DNA of 64,000 bases from Blastocladiella emersonii ATCC 22665 (taxonomy: Eukaryota > Fungi > Blastocladiomycota): positions 310,001 to 374,000 of the forward strand of contig JANHCV010000015.1 in the NCBI GenBank assembly GCA_025594325.1. Reading direction: 5' to 3'. The position numbers were made by a program, and so were the translations under genes. A model generated the notes under the pieces. It was not told the DNA's origin. It saw only the letters and a program-made list of their open reading frames with translations, and did no database searches. Positions 13,722 to 25,616 of the stretch are shown piece after piece (position 1 is the stretch's first letter; the number at the start of each line of letters is the position of its first letter).

Positions 13722-15803
13722 ATGTCACTCGGGAACATCCCGCCACGGACCATGCATCTGCACCACCATCCGGCCGTCCGCGCCTCGCTGGCCCGCGGCA
13801 CCGCCATGGCGCGCGCTGCGTCGGCCGCCCACGTCCACGCGCATGTGCACGCGGGTCTGCCGGCTGCGACGACGGCCACCCGCCTTCTCGCGGCACGCCG
13901 CGCAATGTCGTCGACGCACATCCCGCACCTCGCCGCCGCTGCTACCGCCTCGGGCTCTACGTCGGCAGCAACAGCCTCCCGTACCCGCTCCGCGACCCAC
14001 GGGAGCTTCCCGACCTTTGCCGCCGCCGCCGCCACCGTGCAGTCCCGCCGCGCGTACTCGGCGACGCCGATCCAGGACGCGCCCGAGGACCACCGGTACC
14101 TGTCGCCGGGCGGTCCGCTCGAGCAGTACCGCGGGCTAGTGCGTAGCGGCCGCGTGCGCATGGATGCGCACCAGCTCGAGATCGTGCGCCGGCTCCAGGT
14201 CCTGCACGACCGCGTCGTCGCGGCGAACCCGCCGCCGAGTGGAGGGCGCGCCGCGGATGAGGCGGTGGTGGATCTGGTCGAGGAGATGGAGGACGCCGAG
14301 CACGGGCGGTCACTGTGGAACCGGTTCAAGGTGCGCGCGGCTCTCGACGCGGAAGGTAGGGTTGTCGCTGATGGTGGTTGTGATGATGACCGTGTAGAGC
14401 ATCTTCGCCGACGAGTCCAAGGCCGACGACGCGGTCAAGAGCGATGCCGCAGATATGGCGCCGCCCGAGGTCCCGAGCCTATACATGGTACAGTCGCTCT
14501 GCCCTTCCCGCACGGCTCGCGACTCACCCTCACCTCGATCCGCCCGTACAGTTCGGCACGGTCGGCACGGGAAAGACGTTCACCATGGACCTCTTCTACC
14601 ACTCGCTCCCCAAGCACATCCGCGCGAAGCGCATGCACTTCAACCAGTTCATGATTAACGTCCACGCCCGTACGTCGTCCCGCCCTCCCCCTACTCGCGA
14701 CACCTCAACGCTCACGATCCGGCAACTGCAGGGAGCCACGAGCTCAAGTCGGCCAGCACCAAGCCGATTGACGCGACCCCGCTCGTGGCCGCCGAGCTCG
14801 CGCGCGACGCCCGCGTCCTGTGCTTTGACGAGTTCCAGGTCACCAACATTGCCGACGCCATGATCCTGCGCCGCCTGCTCAAGCTCATGTTCCAGCGCGG
14901 CATCGTCATGGTCGTCACGTCCAACCGCCACCCTGGTACGCTGTGTGTCGTTTCTCTCCACCTCATGCACCGGAGCTCACAGCCGCATGTGGGCCTGTAG
15001 ACGAGCTGTACCAGAACGGCCTCCAGCGCGAGTCGTTCTTGCCGTGCATCGACCTGATCAAGACCCAGTGCGACGTGGTCTCGCTCAACAGCGGCGTCGA
15101 CTACCGCAAGCGCGCCCAGGGCACCGCGCCCGTCTACTTCCAGTACGCTCTCCGCTTCCCTACTCCTCGCACCACCGCCGCCCACTCACTTCCGACCAAA
15201 CCCAGTCCGCTCTCGCCGCCCGCGACCACCTTCATCAACACGCTATGGCACACCTTGTGCGGTTCGCACGCGGACCCGCCGCGGGACCTTCCGCACACGG
15301 GCCGCGCCGTCCGCGTCCCGCGCCAAGTCGCGTCGCGTGGCGTCGCGCGCTTCACCTTCGACGACCTGTGCGCGCAGCCGCTGGCCGCCGCCGACTACCT
15401 GGCGATCGTTTCCCATTACCCGGTGATCCTGGTCGACCAGGTCCCGACCCTGTCGGTGACGGGCAACCGCGCCGAGCTGCGCCGCTGGATCACCTTCATT
15501 GACGCCGCCTACGACGCCAAGGCGTGCGTCCTGCTCCACACGGCGGCGCCCGTCCACCAGCTCGTGCCCGTCGCGCCCGACGAGCCGCCGGGTGACGAGG
15601 AGCGGTTCGCTACGGACCGCACGCTGTCCCGCCTCATGGAGATGCAGGGCGAGGAGTGGGTCGCCGACCCCGAGGTCCGCGCGCTCGTGTTTGATGCGGT
15701 CAGGGAGGCGAGGCGGTTGGTGCCGGACGCTGATGCGAATGTTGGCGTCGGGCTCGCGAGTCCCGCGTCGTCGAGTGCGGCGGCGGCGCAGGGACGAGCG
15801 TAG
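13722..15803 (+). CDS. AFG1: AFG1/LACE1-like mitochondrial ATPase, multi-exon
   Basis: Walker A GTVGTGKT, LCFDEFQVTNIADAMILRRL, VVTSNRHP, ELYQNGLQRESFLPCI, RRWITFIDAAYD. Confidence 0.92.
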
Positions 15804-15943
15804 GCGGGAATGAATGGGAATCACGGAGCGTGTGTACCAATACACAGAGTAGCCTTGCTCGAGTGGAAAGATCGTGTTATTGCGCGTGAAAAAGTATGTG
15901 ACAGATGAGTGATGCGTGCGTGGGATCAAAGACAAGGACGAGC

Positions 15944-17400
15944 TCAAAACTCGGCGCGGCGCGCGAGCGGCACCGCCGTCGTCGTCGCCACTGGGGCCGG
16001 CGGGGGCTGACACACGACCGCGTCGAGCACCGCGTTACACTGGCTGGGCGGGACCGTGATCGCGCCCTTGTTGAGCGCGTCGCCGACGGTCAGTGCGATA
16101 CACGACCCGACATACGTGTTCCCGTTGTACGACCGGATCCACGCCGACCCGCGCGCGCCGAGCGCCGTGTACATGAGGCCGAGCAGCTGGGTCCACGAGT
16201 TGCCCGACCGCAGGTCCGCGAGGGCGAGCCCGCGCTTAGCGCACACGGCGGCTGCGTCCGCGGCTTTCGTGCCGGCCTGCGTCTCGATCACGCGGTACGC
16301 CGTGTCGACGGTCGGCCCGTGCACGATCTCGCCCGTCTTGCGCAGCTTGCAGATGGGCGGGAGCGCGGTGGATGGGTTGGCGATGTTGTACATCGGGTTC
16401 TACGGCACGGGTGTGAGTGGGAGGTGTCCGGACCAGCGATGGCGACGAGCGGGAAGCGTACCCCGGTCGCGACCGACGGCAGCGTCAGCTGCAGGCCCGG
16501 CTGCCCGTACGTGTCGCCGTTCCAGCTCGCGATGAGCGCCTTCTTGCCGAGCCCGACGCAGTCGATGCCCACTACACCGCATCGCATCGGGTTAGCTCTG
16601 GCGCGCGCGTCGTACACTGATGCGATGAACCGTACGCTTCTTGACCTCGTCGGCGTTCTTGGCCGACACGGGTGCGAGATCCGCGTTGATCGCATCACAC
16701 GCGGCCTGCGCGTCAGCGACCTTGGCCGTCACCACCGCGGCCTCGTTGCGCGGGACCGCGTAGTCCTGCGACGATCCTGCGCAGTACGCCGCGGACCCGA
16801 CACGCATGCGGAACGCGCCAGACGCGCACCCGGAGCCCGTCTTGGGGACGATCCCCCACTCTTTAGTGCCCGGCGGCAGCACGACGGTCGCCTTGGGCAC
16901 CGCACTGCCCGCGGGGTCGGTCCAGCAGTCGCGCTCGATCACCGCGGTCCCCGCGAAATAGTCGGCGCATGCCGTGTTGGGCGTCGACGCCAGCGTCGCG
17001 GTTTCGCCCAGGAACTTGCCGTCGGCCCACACGTACGCGTTTGGCCCGTCGTGGATCTCCTGCGACCCGCGGAACGTCGTCACGAGGTCGATCTCGGTCG
17101 GGTGCGTGCCGGCATCGGGCAGGTCGAGAGTGGAGCGCCAGTTGAAGTCGGTCATGCACTGGTCGTACGGGATCCAGCCGTTCGTGCCCAGGTCCTGCGC
17201 CGAGATCGCGAACAGGCCCCACGACGAAGGCGCGGGCAGGCCGCCGGGCTGCACGGGGGCTGCGGGTACACGAAGGGTGAGTCGTGAGCATCGTTGGGTC
17301 CGAGGGACGCGCGGGGCGTACCACGGCGGAGCAGCGGCGACTCGGCGGCCGCGTGCGTCGCGAGCAGCGCGAGGAGGGCGCAGAGGGTGATGAGTTTCAT
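15944..17400 (-). CDS. Secreted Cys-containing protein with two C-type-lectin-like modules, about 4 exons
   Basis: Signal peptide MKLITLCALLALLATHAAA, then SPLLRR. Two related segments: AQAACDAINADLAPV...LIASWNGDTY and AAAVCAKRGLALADL...AWIRSYNGNTY..C...C...VVC. The lectin-fold call is pattern-based. Confidence 0.6.
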
Positions 17401-18333
17401 GGTAACGGGTGCTTGTGTTGAAAAGAGCGAGAGTGGGCCGCGGGGCTCGTCGAGTACTTGGAGCATCGGAACCATTTCGTCGCAGGGAGTGCAGCGAAAC
17501 GGCGGGTGCGAGACAGGCGAGCCGCGTCGCGCGCTTGTTCGCGTTCTCACACGTGGCGTGAGAAACGCGTCTCACGTGCGCTCGGCTCCGGCCGGATCAC
17601 GACTTTTCATCACACGCTCTCAAGTTCGCAAATCCAAGGGAGGGTGGTTGCTGAGCGTCGGGCTCACGCACGAGACAAATGCTTGGAGTGAACGAAGCAC
17701 GCACGAAGTCGTCACACGCAGACAACGTTCTCGCACAGCCTCTGGCGAGCGGACGTGCCAAGTTCTCCTCGCATCTCGTGTCGGACGTTCGTTTGACCCA
17801 TACATTGTATCTCTCGGCTGCCCATGTTATTTAGCCGGTCGTGAAGCGCGTGTCGAACAGCCTCACAGGCGGCGAGGAGAGCTGCTGCGCCACCCGACCG
17901 CGGAGACCTCCCTGATCCGGGTGCCGCTGCGCCCGGCCACCGGTTGCGCCGATATGCAACTCCAATGCACCTCCACCGGTCACAGGGTCGATTGACGCGG
18001 GCAAACCGTGCTGCTCCTTCGCCACACGCACGCGCTCGTCGGCCGTCTCTAAAAGTACGCGCGCGTCGTCACGACAGGTCGGATGGTCGCCGCCGCGAGC
18101 GCCTGACGAACCGCAACGTTGCGGTGGCGACTTCACGCGACGACAGAGCGGATCTGCCGCTGTTGTTCCGGAGTGACTGGGTCTGACGCGAGTCACGCAC
18201 CACGCGTCGCGTGGTCGGCGATGCAGGACTGAGGCGGAGCGCCGACGCCCATCGAGAGTTGCGTGGAAGCTGCTCGCCGCAGAGCTTGCCGCTACGCCGC
18301 CGTCGCTTGGCCGAGGGTGGGCGAGCTCCGACC

Positions 18334-18355
18334 GATAAATATCGGCCGTTCCCCC
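18334..18355 (+). promoter_or_regulatory. Conserved TATA-like core promoter of peptide gene 1
   Basis: GATAAATATCGGCCgttCCCCC begins 92 nt upstream of ATG 18426. The same motif occurs at the same spacing before all five paralogs. Confidence 0.75.
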
Positions 18356-18425
18356 GCCGTCCGAGCTGGGATCAGCACAGAGCAGAGCAAGTACCCCTCC
18401 GCCCGCTTCCATCCCCGCCATCATC

Positions 18426-18741
18426 ATGCAGTTCTCCAAGATCCTCTTCGCCGTCGCCGTCGTCCTCGGCTGCGCCGCCTCGGGCGTGACTGCCGCTCCT
18501 GCCGAGTCCAAGGCCGCTGCCGCTGCTCCCGCCTCCATCGGTGCGTGGCCATCAACTTGCTCTCGCTCGCGCCTTCGAGCTGAATACTTACTTACCCTAC
18601 CCTTTTCCCCATCCAACAGGCATCCAGGGCTGTGCCTACCAGTGCTACCGCGCCTGTTCGTACCGCTGCGGCGGTAACTCGTCGTGCCTCGACGACTGCG
18701 CCCGCGACTGCTCCGACTGCGACGACGGCCGCCGCCCGTAA
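18426..18741 (+). CDS. Secreted 8-Cys peptide, paralog 1 (exons 18426-18540, 18620-18741)
   Basis: Spliced product MQFSKILFAVAVVLGCAASGVTAAPAESKAAAAAPASIGIQGCAYQCYRACSYRCGGNSSCLDDCARDCSDCDDGRRP*. Phase-1 GT-AG intron. Confidence 0.9.
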
Positions 18742-21151
18742 GGTTTTGACGCTCGATCGCCGACTCGCGTGCGCGGGGCCGGTCGTGGCCCGTCGTGGCC
18801 CGTCGTGTCCACGCAACAGATTGATGTCAAGACGGTGGATTGCTGAGAAATAGAAATGTATCGAAAGCTTTTGTTCAATCTGGATGTGTTCCGTTCCTGA
18901 AGGTGAGCTTGACACGCGAAGTTCAAAACACGTGCCCGCCGTGGCAGTCGCTGATCCTTTATTTTGCAGCGAGTCTCCTTTCATATCACGCAATTTATTA
19001 GACTCAAGGCTTTGAGAGATAATCTTGAGCTTCATGGCGTGCAATAGACCTCTTGCACGGGTCCGGCCCAGCGAGTCACGACGACAACGGTGCACTGCAG
19101 ACCCTCGACCGTGGCTTCTAATCGCTCGTCGTCACGGTTTTAGTTGCGGCCCAAACAAAGCACTAGGTGTGTGTGCTGCGCACACACTTGGGTCTCAGCT
19201 GTAGCTTTAGTCTGCCGTGTCGATGATGAGAACAGCAGCGCAGGTACAACGCGCGCGGTAGGCACGCGTCCATGGCCAACTACCCCACGGCCATGAGCAT
19301 CGTGGCCGCGGAAAATCACGTTATTCGGTTGAGCAAGCACTCGAAGCCGTGGCTCATGGTCGGAACTGAGGCTGGACTCAAACATGTCGCGCTGGCTGCC
19401 CGAAAGTCCGTACCAGTTAAGTTAACTGAGTTAACAAAGTTGAGGAGCGGGAGAAGCCCTCGAGGCCAAGGTCGCGGCCGCCCACGCCGCCTTGTTCCTG
19501 AGCGCGGATCGTCCGCAGCCTTGCTGGAGAGAACGTTCGCCCGAGCACCTGCTCATGGTCCCGGTCCATGAGAAGCAGTCTAAGAGCCAGTCGACCTCAC
19601 GCACCTGTTCCCGCCGTGTGCTTTCTGTGTTGCGGTTCGTAAGCTTGCGATCCACCTCTCCGAACTGGTACGAGGCTGCATCGGCGGCACCCTTTGCAAA
19701 TGAAGAAGCCACTAACGAGAAGGCCAAGGCCAGGTCCGCGGCAGCGACGGTCGCTGGGTTGCTGGTCGGCGCGTGACGGATCAAGCGCGGTGTGTTGCAG
19801 TGGGCGGGAAGGTTAATAAAAACTTGGATAATTTGGACGACGTCGTGAAGCGCCGCAGTGTATGGGCGTCACCCTGACTCGCGTTCTGGGCGGTGGCTAT
19901 TGAGCGGAACGCAACGAGCGTCGCCGTGAGGATCTTTCGCACGCGGCCGACGTCTGACCAGCGATCAGGATCGAGCCCAAGGGGATCTTGACGCAGGGCC
20001 AGTCCTTGAAGTCGATCACGTCAACGATGCGCATGTGCGCCTCGCCCGTAACCTCGTCAACGACGCGTTGGAGCGAGAAAGAATTGTGTCGCGCAGGTCG
20101 ACCCGCACGACGCGGTACGCGGTGTCGAGCACGATTCGCGGCTGGCTACTTTCAGTATGATGCAGTGGGCGCGTACACGCCTGACGCTGCTGAGCCTTCT
20201 TCTTTATCGTCGGGCTAGGCTCGGTTAGCTGGCGTGATCCAGTCGTGGTCGTGGATCCTCGGAGTCGTTCTCGCCGCCTGAAACCTATGTTTCGGGCTCG
20301 CGTCGCACCGTTCTCGCCTTGCTGCGTGCATGTTGAGCTTTCTCCAGTCAATGTGTACGTCACGTCATCGCTACCCCTCAGTAATCGCTATGTAGACGCT
20401 ACCCATCGCCAACAATGAAATCATTTACTTGCGAACGATGACCCAAATCCATGACCTTGTACTATCTCGGTAACTAGGCGATTCACGAACTCTAGACTTT
20501 TTTGCGCCTAAAGAGAAAGACAAAGGCGGATCGAAGCGCGTAAGTTCGGGCGGCCGGATTGAAGACAGTTAAGGGAACCAGCGGAAATAGAGGACCTATA
20601 TTTTGCGCCGGGTGTTTCAAAATGATTTTTGCGCGACCTTGATGCTGCGCTGATTGTTGTTCGAAAGCGGTCGTAACGGTTGGCGACGGAGCTGCAGGCG
20701 GGGTCGGAGAGCGGTGGCTCAGCGGGTGGAGCAGCGGGTGGCGCAGCAGTGGGAGACAGCACCGACCGACCGCTCCACTGTCACTCCAGGTTGACGCACA
20801 TTTGAAGACTTTCAAGTAGGTCGCCTCGTCAAATAAGCAGTGTCAGAATTTTTATTACACAGAGCTGAGGCCAATGCGGGGAGTCGGGGACTTGGAATGA
20901 GAGCTAGACCAAGATAGTTGGGGTCGGGGGCCAGAACTGCAGACGAAGCTTGGTTCACGTGCAGGTAGATGTCTCTGATAGGTTCCAATTGCTCAAACAG
21001 AAACTCAGCTTCGCTAAGGGCCCGTTTGGTTCCGGGGTGAATCAGGTGGATCAATCGATTTTACACGGTCCGGTGTTCACCCAGCTGAAACGTGGCATTT
21101 TCACCCCGTCGCGTTCATCGCGGCGTTTGGGTCGACCCCCGGATGAGCTGA

Positions 21152-21616
21152 ATGGAACCCTCGTCGCTGAATTGCCCGTCTGCTCGCCCCCGAAACCTTC
21201 AGGCTGTGCTTCCCGGCCTATATAAACGCTGTTTTCCTTCGTGGGGCAGCTCGACCACCACCGGCGAGTACTCGCACCTCGAGCAGGACGGCAAGGAGTC
21301 TGGTGACGTGGAAGGTGTCGATGGTCAAGACGACGCGGCCCCCGCCAGCAAGCGCAGCCGCACTTCGGACAGCAGCTCGCGTCGCCTCTCGGACTCGGAA
21401 TTCCTCATGGGCATCAAGGAGGTGTTCCAGAGCGTCGCGACCGCCGACTCCAAGCCCGTCTTGACCGCCGCACTTGAATGGGTCCAGGACGCGTACAACG
21501 ACAATGAAGAGTACCAGATCGACGTCGCCACCCGCCTGACCGAGGATCAAGCGCTTCGCGTCATGGCCGTGTCCGAATCGAAGCGCAAGCGCATCCTCGA
21601 GATTTTCATTCAGTAG
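21152..21616 (+). CDS. Harbinger accessory ORF, apparently the C-terminal part of a Myb/SANT-like partner protein, copy 1
   Basis: Convergent with the transposase, as in PIF/Harbinger elements. SSTTTGEYS resembles the end of Myb/SANT-like domains; acidic linker and helical tail follow. No intact N-terminal domain is visible. Confidence 0.5.
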   Translation: MEPSSLNCPSARPRNLQAVLPGLYKRCFPSWGSSTTTGEYSHLEQDGKESGDVEGVDGQDDAAPASKRSRTSDSSSRRLSDSEFLMGIKEVFQSVATADSKPVLTAALEWVQDAYNDNEEYQIDVATRLTEDQALRVMAVSESKRKRILEIFIQ

Positions 21617-21929
21617 CTCACTCGCACATGTCCCCCTCCCCTCGCGTTGCTTCCTGGCCTTGTTCTCGCCCATTTGTGTCCAATACATCTGGCTTTGTGT
21701 CCATCGTATCTTCAATCGTTACCCTTCGCTCGAAAATGACGCGACTCGTTGAGAAACGCGTGGTTCTCAAAGTGTCTCGCACGTCACGTGATTGATCGAC
21801 GCGTCTCCACCGATGCGTTCTGACCTCAGCGACGCGTCAAATCATCTGGAATCGCTTATCTAACGTTATAGTACTTGACAAATCAGTATATTACAGCATG
21901 CATGCGGGTACAACAATTATTTCGCGCCT

Positions 21930-23247
21930 TCAAAGACGGGTCCCACGAGCGGCCATGACGCGCCTGTACTCGGTCCAAAGAACATTTGCGACGCGGTTCC
22001 GAAGCGAGATACCGCGCTGACGAGCTCCGTCCAGCGAGGCCTCGAGGACAGCGGCCTCGTCGTCCTCCTCGTTCTCGTCGTCCAGGGGCTCGCGCCCACG
22101 CACTGGCGCCTCACGCGCCGCGTCCCGCGCGCGCCGGAGCTCCGTCTCGGCGTCGCGAAAGAAGGCGTCGCCGCCTTGGTTCCACTTGTTGATCATGTTG
22201 TGCAGCGTGCAGAGCGCGTACACAAGCTTGACTTGAGTCTTGATTGGGTAGGCCGCGCCAATCGAGAGGACGCGGAAACGCTTCTTGAGCACGCCAAAGA
22301 TATGCTCAATGGAGTTGCGGAGCGACGCGTGACGCAGATTGAAAAGCTCTTCGCGGTTCTTAACTCTACGTACGTTGGTGAAGCAGATGAGATGGCGCCA
22401 ACGTGATGGTCATGGCAGTGAGAACGTACCCATCCTTGCCGCGGGCAAACTCGCGAAGATGATAGCGGGTACCGCTGAAGGGCACGATGATGGACGTGCG
22501 GTTTGCGTAGCCGCCGTCGGCGAGGTAGAAGCGGCCGGCGGGGATCTTGAACCCACGGGCGAAGGCGTCCGAGAGCACGCGCGAGTCATGCGCCTTGCCC
22601 TCCCACCCTGCGAGAACGTAGGTGAAGTTCAAGTCAAAGTCGCAGGCAGCGAGGACATTTGAGTATATGGTCCCCTTGCGGTTTCGGAACGAGTCGTGAA
22701 GCTTAGTGGGCACAACAAACGGGATGTGCGTTCCGTCAAGCGCGCCGACCGCGTTCTGGAACGGAGCGTATTTCGGGTCGTGGGCGATGCGCTCATGCAC
22801 GGGCGTAGAATCGGACGGCTGGACAATGAACTCGGGCATCAGGCGGTACAGAGCGTCGAGCACTTGCTTCAGAACCCTGGACGCGGTCTCGCCAGAGATT
22901 TGGAACCGCTCCCTGAGGTTGCGGTTGGTGCTGCCCTCGCCGGCCATGACAAGAAAAACCATGAAGCGCGCCTCGACGGACAGCTCGCGGCCGTCGGCGA
23001 GAAGGCCACGGTCGCGGAACAGGCGGCAGATGGCCTTGAAGGTCTCGCGGGGCATACGGGCGATTTCCGAAAAACGCGTTTCGCTGTTGCACGTCAGCAG
23101 CTCTTAAACCCACGACTCGCCGGAAAGCGTGGACGTGCGGATAGGCTCCCACGAGCGGCGCTCGTTGCGAGCAGCGAGACGTCGCAGGAGAGCGAGGGCG
23201 GCTGTGAGCATTAGGCCGCGCAGCTTGCGGTTGTATCCCTTGCCCAT
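21930..23247 (-). pseudogene. Harbinger transposase, copy 1, with an in-frame TAA at codon 48
   Basis: GALDGTHI, WEGKAHDSRVL, YLADGGY and, after one intron, LFNLRHASLRNSIEHIFGVLKKRF. TAA at 23104-23106 lies between ATG 23247 and in-frame ATG 23055. Confidence 0.88.
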
Positions 23248-23784
23248 GTTGTTTGAGGGCTCGAGAACACGATGCGTGAGGTTAGGTGTTGATTCGTTGC
23301 AATAAGTGCGGCTGCAAAGAGGTGGGAAAGATTTTATTGCGGGGGGGCGTTCATCCAGCGGGGCGTTTGGTTCGCACGGCCGCTGAGATGAACGGGGGTG
23401 AGGTGAAACGTGGCAACTGTTTCAGCTGATCCACCTGATCTGAACCAAACGGGCCCTAAAGCTACAGCTGAGAACTAAGGTCTCTGTACCGAACCTTGCA
23501 AGAAGACAATCCAATCTCTCAGCAACACGTAAGTCACTTGCAGAGTGGAACGGAAAGCCGACCTCGCTGTTCCGAGCCGCTGTGGCGCAACGCGTCCATG
23601 GCGACAAGGCTTGACGACGCGTTTCTCCTCGACCTCCCTCTAATCACACTCCGATCTCACCATCAACGAGAAATATCGGATCAACCAAAATTTGTCTTTG
23701 TATATCCTTCAAAAATCTCTTGGGGTGGGCAACACGACAGCAGCCGGGGTGCGCGGGCGAAGCCTGGTGGCACTTGGCGGGTGT

Positions 23785-24087
23785 TTACGGGCGGGTGGTC
23801 CCGTGGTCGCAGTCCGAGCAGTCGCGAGCGCAGTCGTCCTCGCACTGGGAGTCGCCATGGCAGCGGGAAATGCACGACATGTAGCAACGATAGCCACAGC
23901 CGCCCTGGATGGCTGTTTGATGGAGAGCGCGCTCGAAATGTCAGGGATTCGCTCATCAACAGTGTCGGAGCTCGAGACACGTACTGGCAGCGGGGACAGC
24001 CGACTTCTCAGCGGGAGCGGCCGACACGCCCGAGGCGGCGAAGCCGAGGACGACGGCGACGGCGAGGAGAACCTTGGAGACGCGCAT
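23785..24087 (-). CDS. Secreted 8-Cys peptide, paralog 2 (exons 24087-23985, 23912-23785)
   Basis: Spliced product MRVSKVLLAVAVVLGFAASGVSAAPAEKSAVPAATIQGGCGYRCYMSCISRCHGDSQCEDDCARDCSDCDHGTTRP*. Confidence 0.9.
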
Positions 24088-24150
24088 GTTGAAGATGTGG
24101 AAGGGTGGAGGGGCTCGAGGATGCTTGCTCTGCTGGTCCAGCTGATGAGG

Positions 24151-24174
24151 CGGGGGGACCGACCGCTATTTATC
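24151..24174 (-). promoter_or_regulatory. Conserved core promoter of peptide gene 2
   Basis: Reverse complement reads GATAAATAGCGGTCggtCCCCCCG, 87 nt upstream of the ATG. Confidence 0.75.
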
Positions 24175-25118
24175 GGCTTCGACTTAACAGCTGAGCGGGT
24201 CGGCTCGCGCGTGGTTACGCGTCAGAGGAGCGGGCAAGGCCTGAGCGGTCGCTCGCCTCGAAAGTCGGACCGGGATCTGCACACCAGCGGTCAACCCGCG
24301 CCTCGATCAAGGACGCGGCGGGGGCCCAAACCCTGCGGTAAGATTCCAGGTTCGGCGCTGAGCTCCTGAGCTGTACTCTGTTCACATGCGACCTTGCACG
24401 CGCGCACGTGCGAAAAAGCGGCCTTGTGCACGTCGGACGCGACGCACGTTGCAACGGTGGAGTCCTCGAGTCGGCGCCCAGCGAGGTCGAAATCCAAGTT
24501 GTGAGACAATTTCATCACGGTATCATTGCTCTGTCGCACCCAAGTTCGACGCGTTTGGTGACGGTCACCTGCTCGGCGGCGCCAAATGGAGGGCTGCGCC
24601 ACCGATGCGACGAACCTCCATCCGTGGTAGGGCGCTCCTGATCTGGGTGCCGCCCACCGGTCACCCGATGCACCGAAATGCACCCCAAATGCCCCCACCC
24701 CGGTCGCAGGACCGATGGACGCGCGTAGTTGTGCTCGCTCGCACGCGTTTTCGTGCGACCAACTTGAAATTGAGGTCGATGTTCGTCGCGTGCCCGCGGT
24801 CACAGGTTCACCCCTCGGTCGCCCGAATGGGCGCTTTGTGAACCACAACGCGTTTTTTGCTGGTTTAAGCGACACGGCGGCGGCTCAACCGTCGACTTTT
24901 CGAGGTCACACGGGCTGCTGGGCGTCACGCGCGCGCGTTCAACGCAGGAATGAGGCCCCAGCGGCTGTGAACCGCAGTTCACAAGCGCTCGATTCGGCTT
25001 CAGTTCTCGAGTCGGCGCTCCGCTGCGCGTGCACGCGCGCAAAGTGCGTGAAGCCGGTGGCAGAGTTTGGAGAGCAAAGTTCTTGGCGACCTTTCGCGCG
25101 AGGGCGTAGGTCCGAGGC

Positions 25119-25140
25119 GATAAATAGCGGCCAGCCCCCC
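25119..25140 (+). promoter_or_regulatory. Conserved core promoter of peptide gene 3
   Basis: GATAAATAGCGGCCagCCCCCC, 93 nt upstream of ATG 25212. Confidence 0.75.
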
Positions 25141-25211
25141 GCTCCTTCGACTGGACCAGCAGAGCAAGCTTTCTCGAGTCTTCCTCCCCACCCCCACAAC
25201 TCACCCTCACC

Positions 25212-25616
25212 ATGAAGTTCTCCAAGGTCCTCCTCGCTGTCGCCGTCGTCCTCGGCTTCGCCGCCTCCGGCGTGTCGGCCGCCCCCGCTGAGAAGTCGAT
25301 CCTTCCCTCGGCTAGCGGTGCGTGGTCATAAAGCTGACCTTTTCTATGCCCCGGCAGCTTACCTTGTTCCCCTTTCTACCTTCGTTCTAGCCGGCATCCA
25401 GGGCTGCTCCTACCAGTACGTAATCGCGCGTGAACGCGAGCTCGCCATGATGCCCTTGCGCATGGACGAGCCTGGACGACGATTCTGGGCGACGTCTAAC
25501 CGTAATTTCACACCAGGTGCTACATTCGTTGCATTCGAGGCTGCGGGAACGACTCGAGCTGCAAGGACGACTGCAACTACATGTGCATGGATTGCGACGA
25601 CGGCCACCGCCCTTGA
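25212..25616 (+). CDS. Secreted 8-Cys peptide, paralog 3 (exons 25212-25317, 25391-25415, 25517-25616)
   Basis: Spliced product MKFSKVLLAVAVVLGFAASGVSAAPAEKSILPSASAGIQGCSYQCYIRCIRGCGNDSSCKDDCNYMCMDCDDGHRP*. The second intron splits the Gln codon (CA|G). Confidence 0.9.

Larger units (their letters stand above)
21018..23456 (-). mobile_element. PIF/Harbinger DNA transposon, copy 1 (2439 bp)
   Basis: Perfect 15-bp TIR GGGCCCGTTTGGTTC at both ends; TAA target duplication (21015-21017, 23457-23459); DDE_Tnp_4-type transposase inside. Confidence 0.97.

Noticed and set aside
18426-18741. Metallothionein interpretation of the Cys-rich cores
   Set aside because: All carry secretion signals and a strictly regular, even-numbered Cys spacing that fits disulfides; metallothioneins are typically cytosolic with CxC/CC clusters. 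Metal binding is not excluded.
19194-19210. 17-bp match (ctcagctgtagctttag) to the reconstructed empty site of Harbinger copy 1
   Set aside because: One such match is roughly expected by chance in an all-against-all comparison of 64 kb, and the flanks do not extend.
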